Of a DNA stretch of 64,000 nucleotides, positions 46,071-59,850 are shown in pieces. The position numbers and the translations under genes are program-made. The notes below the pieces were generated by a model. That model searched no databases. It saw nothing but the letters and a program-made list of their open reading frames with translations, and was not told the origin of the DNA. The first letter of the stretch is position 1, and each line of letters opens with the position of its first letter. Source of the stretch: Sphyrna mokarran (lineage: Eukaryota). Location: contig JAGIQG010000022.1 of the NCBI GenBank assembly GCA_024679065.1, positions 23,684,001-23,748,000 on the forward strand, read 5' to 3'.

Positions 46071-48969
46071 TCTTCATTTCTCTTTTCTGTTGAGTTGGAC
46101 CTTTATCGTCAGGGTGGGTAGTTGGAGTTGTGAAAATTCTCGGCTCGACCCACCTGCCTCTGGAGAAGTGCCATTAAAGGATGGATTTTTATTGTGAGAA
46201 GGGACTAGCTGACTTGGAAAGAGTCCAGAGGCAGAAGTAGTGCTGCTGGTGATAAGTTTTGGTATTTTAGCAGCTAGGAATGCAGATAGACTAGAGCCTC
46301 ATGGAAAACAATGCTTTGGTTCTCTGATTTCTTCTGTCAATTGTAAAAGGTCTATTTAAACATGGTAAAGAGGTTTCAAGTGCTTACAGTTTCAGATAGT
46401 TAGTCTTTGAAGAGTTTGGATGATTGACGCTTCTATTGGGCTGTAGAAAGCCAAATGTTACTGTTGTGGAGGATGTTAAAAGATGGCTAATTTATTCTAA
46501 AAACTTAAACTCTATTCAGGAGTAAACAAAAGGCAAAGTCTCTGCTCAAAAGACGTAACAAAATTTATTTTAAAACACAAAAATCATGCAGGACACACAA
46601 AACATAATCACACAGCCATTCCAGAGACCCTCAAAGGGTTAAACATTTCAGGTTAAGAGTTGTAAAACTTCTCCAAAAATCAGGCAAAATACAGAATGAT
46701 TATTCCTTTTTATTATCTAAACTACACCTCTTCATAACTTTAAAATCAATTTTCTTTAGTGTTCACATATCTGTACAATTCTTTGACAAGGTACTTCAAT
46801 CAATTACAATTTGTCAGTCAGTACAATGATACCTCATTAGTCCATTCAATTCAGATATCCCCTCATCTTGGTTAAACCCATTTTCTCGTTGCTTTGTAAC
46901 TATGGACGCTTTCCATACATGAACCTTATCCACAGCCACATTGGCAAGGCAGAAAGATATGTGATTCCTGGGCCCTAGGAATGCATTATCATGTCTGAAC
47001 AATGTATGCTGCTATAAAGTCACAATATTTGTCCCAAGAAGTTGAAATTTTCTAATACATACTTTTGCCAACTAATGGATTCCCAGCTTGTAGGTCTCAC
47101 CTTCTTATCTTACCATTACACTTTGCCAGCATTTGCTCTTTTTGACTGAGGTGAACAGTACATTTTATATATTAAAATACATTGAATACTTCGATATACA
47201 TATATACTTTAAAATCACATTCATTTGTTTTAATACTGCGACCACATTTGCATATGAGCAAACTGTCCAGATTAACTTGTTATAAAGAAGCATTTAACCC
47301 CTTCTCACTATCCTGTCTCCTAAAGGACTATACCTGTCTATGAATCTCACTAGCTGATTTGAAATTCCCTTCTACAGTTATCTATGAATATTTTTAGAAG
47401 TTTTTTTTTAACATATACTAGTGTCACTATATTTCAATAGTTCTACAGTTTATAGTAGGTGAATACATATGAAAAGGCTCTAGCTTGGCTTGAGGATCAC
47501 CAGGAGGCAAACTGGACCTTAAGGTATAGATGGATGTCATGCCTTGACAAGGGGAGGGCGCAAGGGATTATAGAGGTGGGTAGGGACATAAATTACCATG
47601 GGGGAAATGAGTGGTCATAAGGGATGGATGGAGGTCATACTTTGGCCATGTGTTTCTCATAGCAGGAGGTGGCGTGCCATTCACCAGCAGTCAGATCTTC
47701 TGATCCCATCGCTGTCAGTGGGAATTCCCATAGACTGTACCCCATGCTGCCAGGAAACCAGTCATGGAAATGGACCGCTGTAGGATTGGAAGATTCCACC
47801 GAAGGAAAAAGCTGAAAAATCTTCCCCTGTGTGTTTACAGTCTGAGCCTGTCCCTGTATTCTGCATGGTTCTTCTTAGCCTGATCCTATATTATCTGGTG
47901 CCATTCCCTTCCCAAGTGACTCCCCAAAACTCTCACTGCCAGGTGCACCTTATTCCTCTTTTCTACTGCTATGTTTTGTTGCCCGCTGCCTATAGAGTTT
48001 TAAACCTCCTAACCCACACTGGTGAAGCTCCCAGTGAGGACATTGGTCCCAAAATGTGATTTGCACTATTTATGACATTTATAAGGGAATTGGATATTCA
48101 GAGGATGAACCAAAAGACTGACACTTGTGGAATTTTAAGGAGGGTTTTAGAGTGGATAGGGAATCGGGGATGCAGGAGAATATATAAAGAGAATTTTAAA
48201 ACTTCATGCTGAGGTAGCTGGAAGCATAGCACCAATGGGAGAGGGAAATAAACAAGAAACTGAAATCTGAGGAAGGAGTTTTTCAGGAGAGGTATGTAAC
48301 TGGAACTTTTTGATCTATACAGTGTGATTAATGATTAATTTCCCAAATGAGCTAAATATAAAACTTAAATGCACCAAGCCTGACGGACTTGCCCTTTAAC
48401 ATTGCAAAATCGAATATTTCCACACAGATATTTGTGCTGAATTTCTGCAACTGTTTTAAAGCATCTTCTATCTTTCTCCTTCTAACTCTCACTGTTTCAC
48501 TCACAGTTTCAGAATTACACACAAGTGTCAGCTGAGATGTGATTAAAACAAATATTTGTGTTCAGCTAAGTAGGTGATACCAAGGACATTACCACACATT
48601 CCCGGGAAAAAATGCTTAATTTCTGAAGCAAATCGTCTTATTACGAAAACAAGTTTGTTTTAAAAATGTAAACATTTTTTTAGGAAACTAAAGCTCACAG
48701 AAGAGATGAAAAATAATTATACTTATCTGATGTGTAAATATAAATTTTAATATTATATAATAACCCTCTCAGAGGCTTACTGTAATCTAATATAAATGTT
48801 AAAATTAGAGCCAGATAAACCAGCAAATGGGGCTACAGTGCTCTATTTTATCAAGATTTCCATTCTACTAACTGAATTTATATTGTAGTTTTAACATTGG
48901 TAAACATTGCACAGTATATCTCAAAGTCATCATCAGAAAAAGAGAGAAAGGTAGGAAGATGGAGAGGTT

Positions 48970-49265
48970 AGAATACTCACAGTGCAGAAGGAGGCCGTTC
49001 AGCCCATCAAGTGTGCACTGACTCTCTGATAGAAAATGTCTTTCCCAGGCCCTTTCCCCTGCCCCATCCCCATAGCCTCACACTTTTCACTGTGGCTAAT
49101 CCATCTAACCATCACATCTTTGGACATCAAGGGGCATTTTAGCATGGCCAGTCCATCTGACCTGCACATCTTTGGACTGTGGGAGGAAACCAGAATACCC
49201 ATTAAAAAAAACACATGCAGACATGAGGAAAACTTGCAAACTCTACAAAGACAGTGACTCCAAGG
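48970..49265 (-). mobile_element. HE1/V-SINE
   Basis: ACAGTGCAGAAGGAGGCCGTTCAGCCCATC...TTTAGCATGGCCAGTCCATCTGACCTGCACATCTTTGGACTGTGGGAGG. Confidence 0.9.
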
Positions 49266-49849
49266 TTTAAGGAGACAATACTTCAGCATAGAACACATAC
49301 CACTCAGGATATACTTGCCAGTGATGGGTCACAGAGAAGAGCATCTTGTCAAATGAGTTAAGGAGCTGCGGATGCGGTGTGAGGACTGGACACAGTTAAA
49401 AAGAAAGGGAAAGTTTTGCAGGAGCTCAAAGAAGGTAGTGAGTGTAGTGCTGCAGGAGGATATAGAGATTTAGAATGACAGAACCATGGATGGATTGAAT
49501 TACAAGGGTGCAAAGTTTAAATCTGAAACAGGATTAAGGAACAAGAAGCCAGTGTACAGGGTGCTTGGCAAGTGATATCAGTGCAGGATGGCATGTGAGC
49601 AGCACAGCTTCAGATGAGCTAAAGTTCACACAGGCTGTAGCATGCGAGGTATTCGGGAAACTTGACATCCTTTTAACAATGCATATTTTGCCCTACAGTT
49701 CAACTGATGTTTCCATCATGTCTATCGTTATACAATTTAATGTTTTGAGAAAACATGATATCCTAATTCTTTTCCAGCTTTATGAAGTGAATACAATCAG
49801 CAGGTCTACCATCCCCCCACCCCTGTGACATGCTTTGCAATAGTGGAGA

Positions 49850-50003
49850 CAGTCTGGCTTTTTCTGCTGATAGGATTGTCCATCCAATGATGTCAATGGG
49901 GTTTCCTCTTGTATGGAGCCCTCACTGGAGGATAGAGGGCAGGGTTTCATTGGCAGCAGGATTGGACAATCCCACCAGTGGGAATGGCTGGAAAATTCTG
50001 GCC
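49850..50003. mobile_element. Short Harbinger-like MITE
   Basis: GGATTGTCC...GGACAATCC hairpin arms; end GGCTGGAAAATTCTGGCC. Confidence 0.55.
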
Positions 50004-50024
50004 AGTGGCTACAATTTTAATAAT

Positions 50025-50330
50025 GAGGAGGCAGTGGCATAGTGGTATTGTCACTAGACTTGTAATCCAGAGAGCCAAGATAATGCTCTCAGGACCCGAG
50101 TTCAAATCCCACCATAGTAGATAGTGAAATTTGAATTCAATTAAAAATGTAATGATATCAGGAAACCATTGTTGATTGTTGTAAAAACCCATCTGGTTCA
50201 CTAATGTGATTTAGGAAAGGAAATCTGCCATTCCTACCTGGTCTGGTCTACATGTGACTCCAGAGCCACAGCAATGTGGTTGATTTTTAATTGCTTTTAG
50301 GGAGGGGAAATAAATGCTTTTCCAACTGGC
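50025..50330 (+). mobile_element. SINE family B
   Basis: GGAGGCAGTGGCATAGTGG...GTTCAAATCCCACCA...CCCATCTGGTTCACTAATG...GGAAATAAATGC. Confidence 0.88.
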
Positions 50331-50519
50331 ATTAAAAATATATAAGTCGTAACTGCCTGACACCCAACCTGATTGTTTGCAACCCTGATGTCCAATTTAG
50401 CACTAAGATTAGTTTCTGACCATGTGTACACTCTATCACTAAGACTTCCTAATTCCATATTTGTAACTCCGCCCAACTCCATTCCATGGGAGGAACAGAA
50501 CAGGTTGTTGGTGATTTGG

Positions 50520-50795
50520 ATATCTAAAACATGTAAATTTCAACCCTTTCTACTTCATCCCCATTGATGTAGACAGCAAGATGTTCTCCTTTAAGCTTCC
50601 TGAAGTCAGTGACAACCTCTCTTATTTTGTTGACAGTGAGGGAGAGACTATTGTTGCTCCACCAATTCACTAGATTCTCTCTCATTCCTGTACTCTGGCT
50701 TGTCATTGTTTGAGATCTGAATCACTATGGTGGTGTTGTCAGCAAACTTGAAAGTCGAATTGGAGGGAAATTTGGCCACACGGTCAGATGGTACA
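50520..50795 (-). mobile_element. Rex1/Babar RT fragment
   Basis: ORF 50524-50706 NLVNWWSNNSLSLTVNKIREVVTDFRK...YINGDEVERV; KFADNTT just upstream. Confidence 0.85.
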
Positions 50796-50864
50796 GTGTT
50801 AATGTCAGTCACTGAGCCCCCCCCCCACCATTGAGTAACAGGTAGATTTTAAAATTCTCAACTG

Positions 50865-51040
50865 TGTCATTGAATCCTTCCATGGCTTTACCCTTCCCTA
50901 CTTCTGTAATCTGCTCCAGTCAAACAGTCTTCGGAGACATCTATGCTCCATCTCAAGCCTCTTGAGCAGTTTGATTTTCCTTGCTCCATCACTGGCAACC
51001 ATCCCTTCAGCTGTCAAGGCTCTACAGTCTGGAATTCTGC
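50865..51040 (+). mobile_element. L2 LINE 3' remnant
   Basis: AATCCTTCCATGGC..CCCTACTTCTGTAATCTGCTCCAG...CCTTCAGCTGTCAAGGC..TCTGGAATTC. Confidence 0.65.
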
Positions 51041-52349
51041 CACCCTGCCAGTGATTTTCACAACTTCAGACTGAATAATGCATAGATTCTAATGCTACTA
51101 AAATCAATGCATCAATACTAGTGTTTGGGAAGGCACAAAGTAATATAAAATGATTTGAATGCTAGTAAACAGGGGGACGTAGCATACAAGACACATTGAG
51201 AAGCCTGCTATTTAGCACTGAGAATGAGGATGAGTTAGTGATACCAGTTCTGTATATTATTGTTTATGAAGATGAAGTTTATAGATTTGATTTTGTGCTT
51301 TAAGTAGTGTAAAGGCTACAGTTCTTTCTTCACTGAAGCATCTGTTCTTTCCTGGTTCTCTATCTCAGCACAGCTAAGTGACTGAGTAATGGCTCATAAA
51401 TGAAGATCTTATTAACTTAATCAGAGATGTAAGATACACAAATCAGCCATTTGTTCTTAGGATATGGTCTAAATTTCCAATCCATCTTTGTCAGCAATGA
51501 TGCTTATTTTAATTCATCAGGACTCCTGACAGTCACTCCCCACAGACTGTGTATTAGATCCACCAGCACCGCTCCCAGTGTAAACCCAAACAGAATATTC
51601 AAGTGCCTTAAAGCTTTAATTGGTATGTCTTGCATGTCTTTTATTATCAGCTAATTAACTGGAAGCACCAGTAACCACAGCAGCATGAAGACCTCCTCAT
51701 TACCATGGCAAATTTAATTAAGAATGTCTTTTACAACTCAAATGCACTTTTTAAATAATATCTTTTCTTTCTCACGTATTAAAATGGATCTGGCACCAAC
51801 TTCTGATTACGACCGTTAAAGTTCTCAAGGATGTGAGGCCATTTTACACAATGCATATATTTAATGAGCCATTGAGGTCTTAGGTGTAGCAAGGGGGCCA
51901 TATAGAGTGGCACTTCACTGAAGCAAGAAAGAGCACCATTTCTCAGCCTTTGAACCCCTACAGTTTAAAACATTCCGAGCCATCAACCTCTCCAATTTTC
52001 TTTCCGCCAATTAGTGCCAAGTGAGAAAACAGTGTGATGAAAAGAATGTATATCTGCGAAGGATTGGAGTGATTTTCCTAAGAGTGAACTCATTGGAACC
52101 CATAACAATTCACAAAAGGGGAAGAATTTCACCTTCATTTATCCTGACTGACAGTCTCTGTAAGGTCTCTGACAAACTCTTGCAAACATGCTGGACCAGG
52201 TCTCACAGTCTGGGCGTCCGGAGTCAAAATGAGTTTTGATGCGTGTTACTTCACACGATTAAAGCTCTGTCATTTCACTAATATGATACTCTTGCATTCC
52301 ATAGTGTAACCAGGGCAGGCTAATTTGCCGATCGATCTATTTCCTTGTT

Positions 52350-53222
52350 AGGGCCCGATTTTCCTGTTTTGAGGCTGTGCCCACGCCAACAGGAAAACAT
52401 GAACATTTCCTCTAGCACTGGGAATGTCTCTCAGGTGGGATTCATCCACTTGAAAGATGCTGATGCGATCATCTCAACAATCCAGCAGCAACCTGACTCT
52501 TTTGAAACCAGACCACTGTTTTTAAATGGATCCCTGATTTCTGCGCTTGGATATAGACCACCCTCTCCTCCCAAAGAAATAAAACGGTACCCAGTCCCCC
52601 CACATCCCACTGATCATGAATCCCTCACCAAAGAGAGGCATCCACCTCCCCTACCCACAAATAGCAGATAACACCCTTCCCCATACCTCACAGGCATGAG
52701 GGTGACCCAACCCAATAACCCCTCCAACTCAGCCTCCCCTCAGCTCTCCTATTCCCTCAGACCGACCACTCAGCTCCCAATCCCTCAGACCCTCTACTCA
52801 GCAGCTCTGTCCCTCAGACACCTTAACTTGGCCCATTTCCTCTTAGACCTACCACTCAAGTCCCCCCTCCCCCAATTCAGTCCACGCACATTATCAGTGC
52901 CCACTGTGCACTGCCCACGGCAGCCTGGCATTGACATCCTGGCCTGGTACCTTGAACACTGAGGGAGCTCAAGCAGGTAGGTTCAGTGACCATTTTCCCC
53001 TTTGCCGCTGCCAAGCTGCAAAGGAAGGATCCCTCAGGTGTCCTAGGGCTTGGGTGGGCTGGGGGCAAGAAGTTAACCTTGCCACTCTCTCCTGGGATGG
53101 GGTGTCATGGCTGGACTGCCCCGTCTAGTCCTGGAAGACCTGAAGATCACCCCTGGCATGGTGATTTCAGGAAGCTCTGTGATCAACATCTTCATTCTGG
53201 CTCGTCAGCTGAGAAAATTCTG
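52350..53222. mobile_element. Harbinger-like MITE
   Basis: TA|GGGCCCGATTTTCC left end, C-rich then G-rich interior, GAGAAAATTC right end. Confidence 0.6.
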
Positions 53223-53789
53223 AAGTGGCCTGGCCACTTTAACCCTCATGCCCCACAGTCACTGGCAGGCTTTTAAATCATTGCAGCACTCTATTTTGCA
53301 GCAAGATTTCCTTTTCTCCCTGTCAGAAGCCACAGATGTGAGCAGACACTTTTGAAGTCCTCTGATAGACTGGAAATGTCAATTTCACCGCAGAGAGAGG
53401 AATTAGCGGTGCACTCAGCCCCAGTATATGCACTCAGCTTTGATTTTAAGTTGCTAAGGCTTCCTAACAATTTGAATTCCTTGAAGCTCTCTCCAGTTCA
53501 GTGGAACCTTTCATCTGTGACAAATTCAGATGAAATTGAGGAAGATTCCATTGGCACTCAATTGAGTTTTATCATCCTCCAGCTACCTGTGTTTATTTTC
53601 ATTTCTCTTCATGCTTGAATATACCTTAAGTATCTCACTGATCCTGACTGCAATGTTGACAGATTCTAAGTGTAGTTGACAGCCTGTGATTTCTTCAAAA
53701 TCATTGTGGTTTGCAAAAGAGAGTGAAACCACAAGGTGTCAATTCTGGAAAACTTCATTAAAAATTTCAAAATCATGTTTCTCTAATTG

Positions 53790-54058
53790 TTTCCTCCTGG
53801 TGCTCCGGTTTCCTCCCACAATCCAAAGGTGTGCAGGTTAATAGATTGCCCGTACTAAATTATTCCTTAATGTCCAAAAATGTGTAGGTTATGTGGATTG
53901 CCATGCTAAATTGTTCCTTAGAGCCCAAGGATGTTTAGGTTAGGTGGATTAGTCTTGAAAGATAGGATGGAGGGAGGGGCTTGGGCGGAATGCTGTTTTG
54001 AGTCAGTGCAGACTTGATGGGCCAGAAGGTCTCTTCCCACACTGCAGGGATTCTATGG
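53790..54058 (+). mobile_element. HE1/V-SINE, 3' part
   Basis: GGTGCTCCGGTTTCCTCCCACA; repeated GTTA.GTGGATTG..ATGCTAAATT; GGGATTCTATG tail. Confidence 0.88.
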
Positions 54059-54661
54059 TTTTAATAATGACAAGATATGTGCAAAATTTTGAGATAAGCT
54101 GCTGTGAATACAGATTAGTATTCCAAGGAGACTGCTCCTTGTGGTGAGAATTGTGACATACACATCAAATTAATTTCTTCAACCATAGCAAAATGTAAAA
54201 TGGGGTCCCAGTGGTATGTAGAATAAAATATGTATTTATATGAATATATAATATATATCTTCTTAAGGAAAGTTAGCATTTTAAAACCAAACATCAAAGA
54301 TAACAATAATATTTGATAAGTTACGGTTTTGTTTTTGTTAACAAGGGAATCTAGTTTCACTGATAGTGGTAGATAAGAGAGGTAGCATATAACCATTTTT
54401 GTGAGCTCAATATTCCAGAGTGCTTTGTAACCAATGAAGATGTATCATATAAAATATTAATTTACAACATCAGTGTCTGCACTGCCTTTACAATATCATT
54501 GTTTCACTTTTTTTTTGAAAAGAATACTTCTTGCAAAGCATAAAACATTGGCCCACAGCAGCTACCATATTGCATTTGCAAAGGCAACATGCTGTGTTTT
54601 ATGGAAACGCTATAGCCAGGATCTTCCCAAATAAAACTAAGTGTCCAATGAGTGGGAAAAA

Positions 54662-55557
54662 GGGAGAATTTCCCATCCATTTTTTGGGCATACTTACCTG
54701 AATGAACTTCTGACACTCTATGCATTACAGAGTGCCTTGGAGAGATTCATGTTGGAAAATGAGCAGCGGAGCCTCATCCTACTGGAGAGGCCAGCATCAG
54801 CACACTGAGCGGATCATTTGCGCATGCAACACCTGTTAGGGCAAAGATCTGTCCTGAACCTCTCCATCCCTAATCTACACTCCTAATGCTCAGCCCCGAC
54901 CCCACCAATTGCCAGCCCTGACCTCACCACCGATGACCATCAACGATCCCACCACCAATGGCTAGCCCTGAACTCCCCCGCTTCCCCGATTATTAGCCCT
55001 GATCACCCTCTTCTCTCCATCCCCCACCTAATGCAGAGTGGCAGCAGGTCCCCCTGACCACTGATCATCCTCCCAGTAGGCACTTTCCCCTGTATACTTG
55101 CTCAGGCCCTGCCTGGTGCACAGTGGACAATATCTGTGCGCTCCTTGGGAAGTGCCAGGGTACCAGGCTGGCACTGCCTATGGGGCACTCCATTTTACCT
55201 CTGACCTTCCGACCTGTCAGCACCAGCAGGGTGAGTATGCCTGTTCTCTGTTATTGAGAAGCAGTAGTAAACCCCACTGGTGGGATCCTCTCCTAACCAG
55301 TGAGGGTGGTAGATGGAGGTGCTAGCAAGCCCAGAGAACAACTTCCCAGGCCTGCTCATCAAACTGAAATTCAGTTTCCAGTATGCCAATCAGCTCTGTG
55401 TTAATATCTGGCTTGAAGCTTATTGCTCTGAAATAAAATGCCTGGGAGAATCACAATTGGCCGGACACTGGTCGTGAATCCTACTAAAGACCCCTGCTGT
55501 TGTATCCCTGCTCACTTGAGTAGTCGAGCACCAGAACAAGCTGGGGAAATCCTAGCC
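54662..55557. mobile_element. Harbinger-like MITE
   Basis: GGGAGAATTTCCCA ... TGGGGAAATCCTAGCC termini, C-rich interior. Confidence 0.55.
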
Positions 55558-56777
55558 TATACTGAGCCTCCAAAGGGAGGTCACATGATCCAGGTCTTGG
55601 ATGAAAATATGTTTTTGATTTAAATCTACAGGGACACTGCCGCAGGGGCAACAACCTTACCCCATCTCTCTTTCTTCTGAAGCCCCTCTCATCAAAATTG
55701 AGCTGTTTATAATTTAAAGAAAACACCAGAAGACCTCATTGCTGCAATATACAAGTCCTTAATGAAGAATTCTGAATCAACCAGCCACGATTGCAGATCA
55801 ATTGCTCTGATGTGGAAAGGGACCCTTCAACTGTAAACATGTCTCTGGACAATCTGTGAATACATTTTTTCCCAGATATTACTTGTTACTTGGCAAGTTT
55901 GTTTGGCAGGGTTTTATTTCTTTTGCATGCATCAGGTGTGGGAGATGCATGGGGTGGTGGAATTATATGTGCCTGTGTTATTTATGCGTTAGTAGGTAAT
56001 TGGACATTTTTGTAATTGGCCTTCTGACTACAACTGACAGTAGACTCAGAAAGCTAAATGTTTTTACTTCTGAAAAACATAAGCCTCAAGAATATTTGAA
56101 CCAGGTCTTGAAAATAATGAGACTATTGCAACTGGTGCATGTGGATAGATCACTTGAGTTGAATAAATTGGAGAGCACCAGGAGATGCGATTATATGTTA
56201 AGTAAGTTAGACGCCAGGACATACTTCTTAGAGGATTGTCGGTCACATAAAAATGTATTAATTTTAGCATTGTCCCACATCGGGAGCTGTTCTTCCTGAT
56301 GGCTGATAGTTTGAACCCCAAGGGGACGGCATTCAGTTAATGAACTAAACTAATTGAATATTAAACCTTGGGAAATTGATATTATCTGAGTGTTTCATGG
56401 ATGCTAACATCTCTCGGATTGGTTGTCTCTGGATCACCATCTAAATCACTAAGCAATCCGTGTCATCAGGGAAATAACATTTGTTGCACTTAATTTGCCT
56501 ATTAACGCAAAAAAATAGTTGCTGCATCAGAATCAAATTCCAAGGCATAAATCTGCTAATTTCCAATTCTTGCAAAAATTAAACTGGAGATAATATACAA
56601 CACCTCGCCTTGAAGATCTGCCAAGGAAAAACCTGGCAGGTTCACCTAAATGCCCTGTTGTCAGTTATGATAAAAGTGAAGAGATGTTTGTGTTTTCATC
56701 ATCTAGTCCGGGTGAGCCTTTCAAAATGGCAAAGACAGTAGCAAGCCACCCCAATCACCTAAAAACTGGTCATGTGG

Positions 56778-56895
56778 TTGGGTGTGGAATTGACTCCCTG
56801 CTGTAATAGTGGAGTCAGACACTTTAGGAACTTTCAAACTGTTATTAGATAAATACATGGAGAACTCCAGAATTATAGGGAGGGGATAGCTTGAC
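56778..56895 (+). mobile_element. CR1 3' fragment
   Basis: GTGTGGAATTGACTCCCTGCTGTAATAGTGGAGTCAGAC..TTTCAAA..TTAGATAAATACATG. Confidence 0.75.
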
Positions 56896-59195
56896 CAAGA
56901 TGTCCTTGATAGGGTTTTCCTGGAAATTCCTCTATCAGGTCTAAAGGTTCTTTTGTCTTTACTCTGGATATCACTGATGTCACAGCTTGGATAAAGTCTC
57001 ACCAAAGGTATTACATCTTTATTAATCTCTGAAGAAATAATACATCCTCACAATATTACTGGTAGCTTAGCTTCCCTGCAAGCCAGAGTCTATCTCAGTG
57101 CTTAATCTGATGTTGGATCCTCTGTGTGCATCTTCTAAGGAACTGACCAAATTGCTCTGAGCACTACGATAAGGATGGTTCTGTGGACTCTTTTATTTGT
57201 ACATTTTTTGCCATATGAGGTAACATCTGCTTTTAGTCCATTTAATTGTTTTTTAATTACATCACTTTTCATCTCCATGCTTTCACTAAATGTCCCTCAG
57301 CTATTCCCCTTGGAGATCACATCTGAAGTATCATAGTCAGCTCGACTCCATTTTGTTTTCTCTAATATTGTTATCAATCTCCAGAGCTGGGGAAAGTTAG
57401 GACAATTGTTGCCTCTTCATGAAGCTCAGTCTATTTATTTTCGCTGGCATGTAATCTCCAAAACGTTTTGCAAAACTTGCTGATCCCATAAAGGTTTACA
57501 ATTGACTAAATTAATAAGCATGTTTCATGTTTTGAGCCCACAGTGCACTTCAGCATAGTTCTTTCCATATTTTCAGTCCGGTTACTTTTTATACTTTGAT
57601 GTTCCAAGTTATCACCATGAAAGAGACTCTATGTGTATGTTGATTAATATAAAATAAATAAATAGTGGCCTCTTCCATCAGCACGATTTTCTGATCTGAC
57701 TGAAGTCAATGGACATTTTGCTTCATTTTAAAACCTCACCCTTGTCCCTGCCATAAAGGGGACATAAAATTCCATCCAAAATGACAGGTACATAACTGAA
57801 AAATGAATGAATAATATGTTGGCTTATCTTCTCTCGGATTTCCAAGTGAAGAGCTCATGGAACCACTACCATTTTTGCATTGTGTATCAGGAGGTGATTT
57901 ATCATCCGAAGTGGTGACACTATTCAAAATATGTCCTCCAGACAGGGTTGCTTGGAGTACACTGTTGCCATCTATCCAGACAGTGTGCGCGGGGATTGGG
58001 GGGATGGGGAGGTGACGTACAGGGCAGCCAAAGGTGGGGCAATGCCTGAGGTGGTGATTGGTGGTTGGGGGATGGGTGATGTCAATGGGGGTGTTTGGGT
58101 AGGGGGCAGCAATGTCCAGGTTGTGGGGGTGGAGTTGGGGAACCTAGTGCAGGGAGCATTCAGCATCTGGGCCCCGATGTCCATGGGGTTGTGGGGAGAG
58201 TGACGGGTGATCTCCCAGCAAACTGTGATCGAGGCAATGGCAGCCCATATCTCAGCAGCTGGCTTCATCAGCATGAATAGGCTCTGCCTACTCTCTCTAC
58301 TGGCGAGAATCACTCTTGGGCTTTATTCTTTTTATTGAGTGCCATACGAGTGCCTTTGAGAGCTCATCAAATAAATGGATGCAATTCTCTCCCATTTTCA
58401 GTCTTTCAGCATAAATACTTTTGGTATGATCATCCCCTAGGTAGTTGAAGGAATTTAGATGTTTGAATGGGTTTTTATGACTGTAAGCATTTTTTTTCTG
58501 AATAGAGAAATCATCAGCATACACCTAAAACTTCATTTCATCTTTGCCTGGACCCTGAGGTCTACTCATGTTCCTACTAGATGTATTGTCAAAAAGGGTA
58601 TAAGGGAGTTAGTAGGCATTATTTAGCATACAGACTCTAAAGGATCATGGGGTTGATAGAGGAGATAGGTTGATGTTACTTTGGCATAGAGGCTGTAAAG
58701 GTCCAGGGGATAAATGGACATGAAATGCTAATAGAGGTGGATGGGCAGCACTTGGTGTCATGAGCTGACATGGAGTGGGCTTGGGGAGTGAGTGGGTGTG
58801 AGAGCATGTGAGAGGCAAGGACTAGGGTGCTGATTTTGGTTTTATTGGGTGTTTTTCCAGCTTGGACAAATTCTCAGAATACTGAGGCAAGCCTTTTAAC
58901 AGCCTGCCTTCGCTTCCACACTCTTTTCAGGAATGGCAGGCCTGATGCCAGTAATCACCTATATCCCTGGAATGAAAATATAACTGTCCACAGCACCTGA
59001 TACAGTTGGCAACATTGGCTGCACAGAGATTGGGATGCCTCTTGTAAAGAGTGCCTTTATCTGTGCTGGAAACCATATTCTCCCCCCACCAACAGATACA
59101 GCCCCACCCAAACTACGATAACTCCCCCAGACAAGAACCAGGACAACACACATCCTCCCCCAAGTATAAAGTGAACATACCCGCCACAAACACTG

Positions 59196-59510
59196 GGACA
59201 CACTGGTTAGCACTGCAGTCTCACAGTTCCAGGGACTCGGGTTCAATTTCAGCTTCAGATAACTGTCTGCGTGGAGAGTTTGCACATTCTCCCTGTGTCT
59301 GCATGGGTTTCCTCTGGGTGCTCCGGTTTCCTCCACATCCCAAAGATGTGCGGGTTAGGTTGATTACATGATAAATTACCACTGAGTGTCAGGGAAATTA
59401 GCAGGGTAAATCCATGAGGTAATGGAGATAGGGGTTGGGTGGGATTATTGTCAGTGCAGGCAAAATGGGCTGAATGGCCTCCTTGTACACTTTGGGGATT
59501 CTATGATTCA
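59196..59510 (+). mobile_element. HE1/V-SINE
   Basis: TGGTTAGCACTGC head, V-domain, GGGATTCTATGATTC tail. Confidence 0.92.
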
Positions 59511-59599
59511 ATGAACTCGCTCCACACATAAGGGGCCTGCTTTATTCATGTTTGTGGAGTTGGAAATTTTTATCAATTCTTTGCTCCTGTCACATGAAT

Positions 59600-59850
59600 G
59601 AAAGTTTGGCCCCAAGTCTCCCCAATCATTGGAAATACTTTCTCTGTATATACCCTATAAATGCCTCTTAATATCTGGAAACATTGCCTAATTCACCCCA
59701 TAGCTTTCTAAACTTCACAGCGTACAATTCTGTCTCCATGTTACTGATCTCCTGGTGCCCAGGTATCATTCTTGTAAATCTACACTGCTATCCCTTGAAG
59801 CCTAATAATGATAATTGAGATGTACCATAACTGTACCATAACTTGTACTC
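59600..59850 (-). mobile_element. Old CR1 remnant
   Basis: CCAGGTATCATTCTTGTAAATCTACACTGC...CCATAACTGTAC. Confidence 0.5.

Noticed and set aside
58297-58524. YADD motif suggesting a reverse transcriptase
   Set aside because: Flanking residues and the spacing to YLG do not fit an RT domain, and no other RT motifs are nearby.
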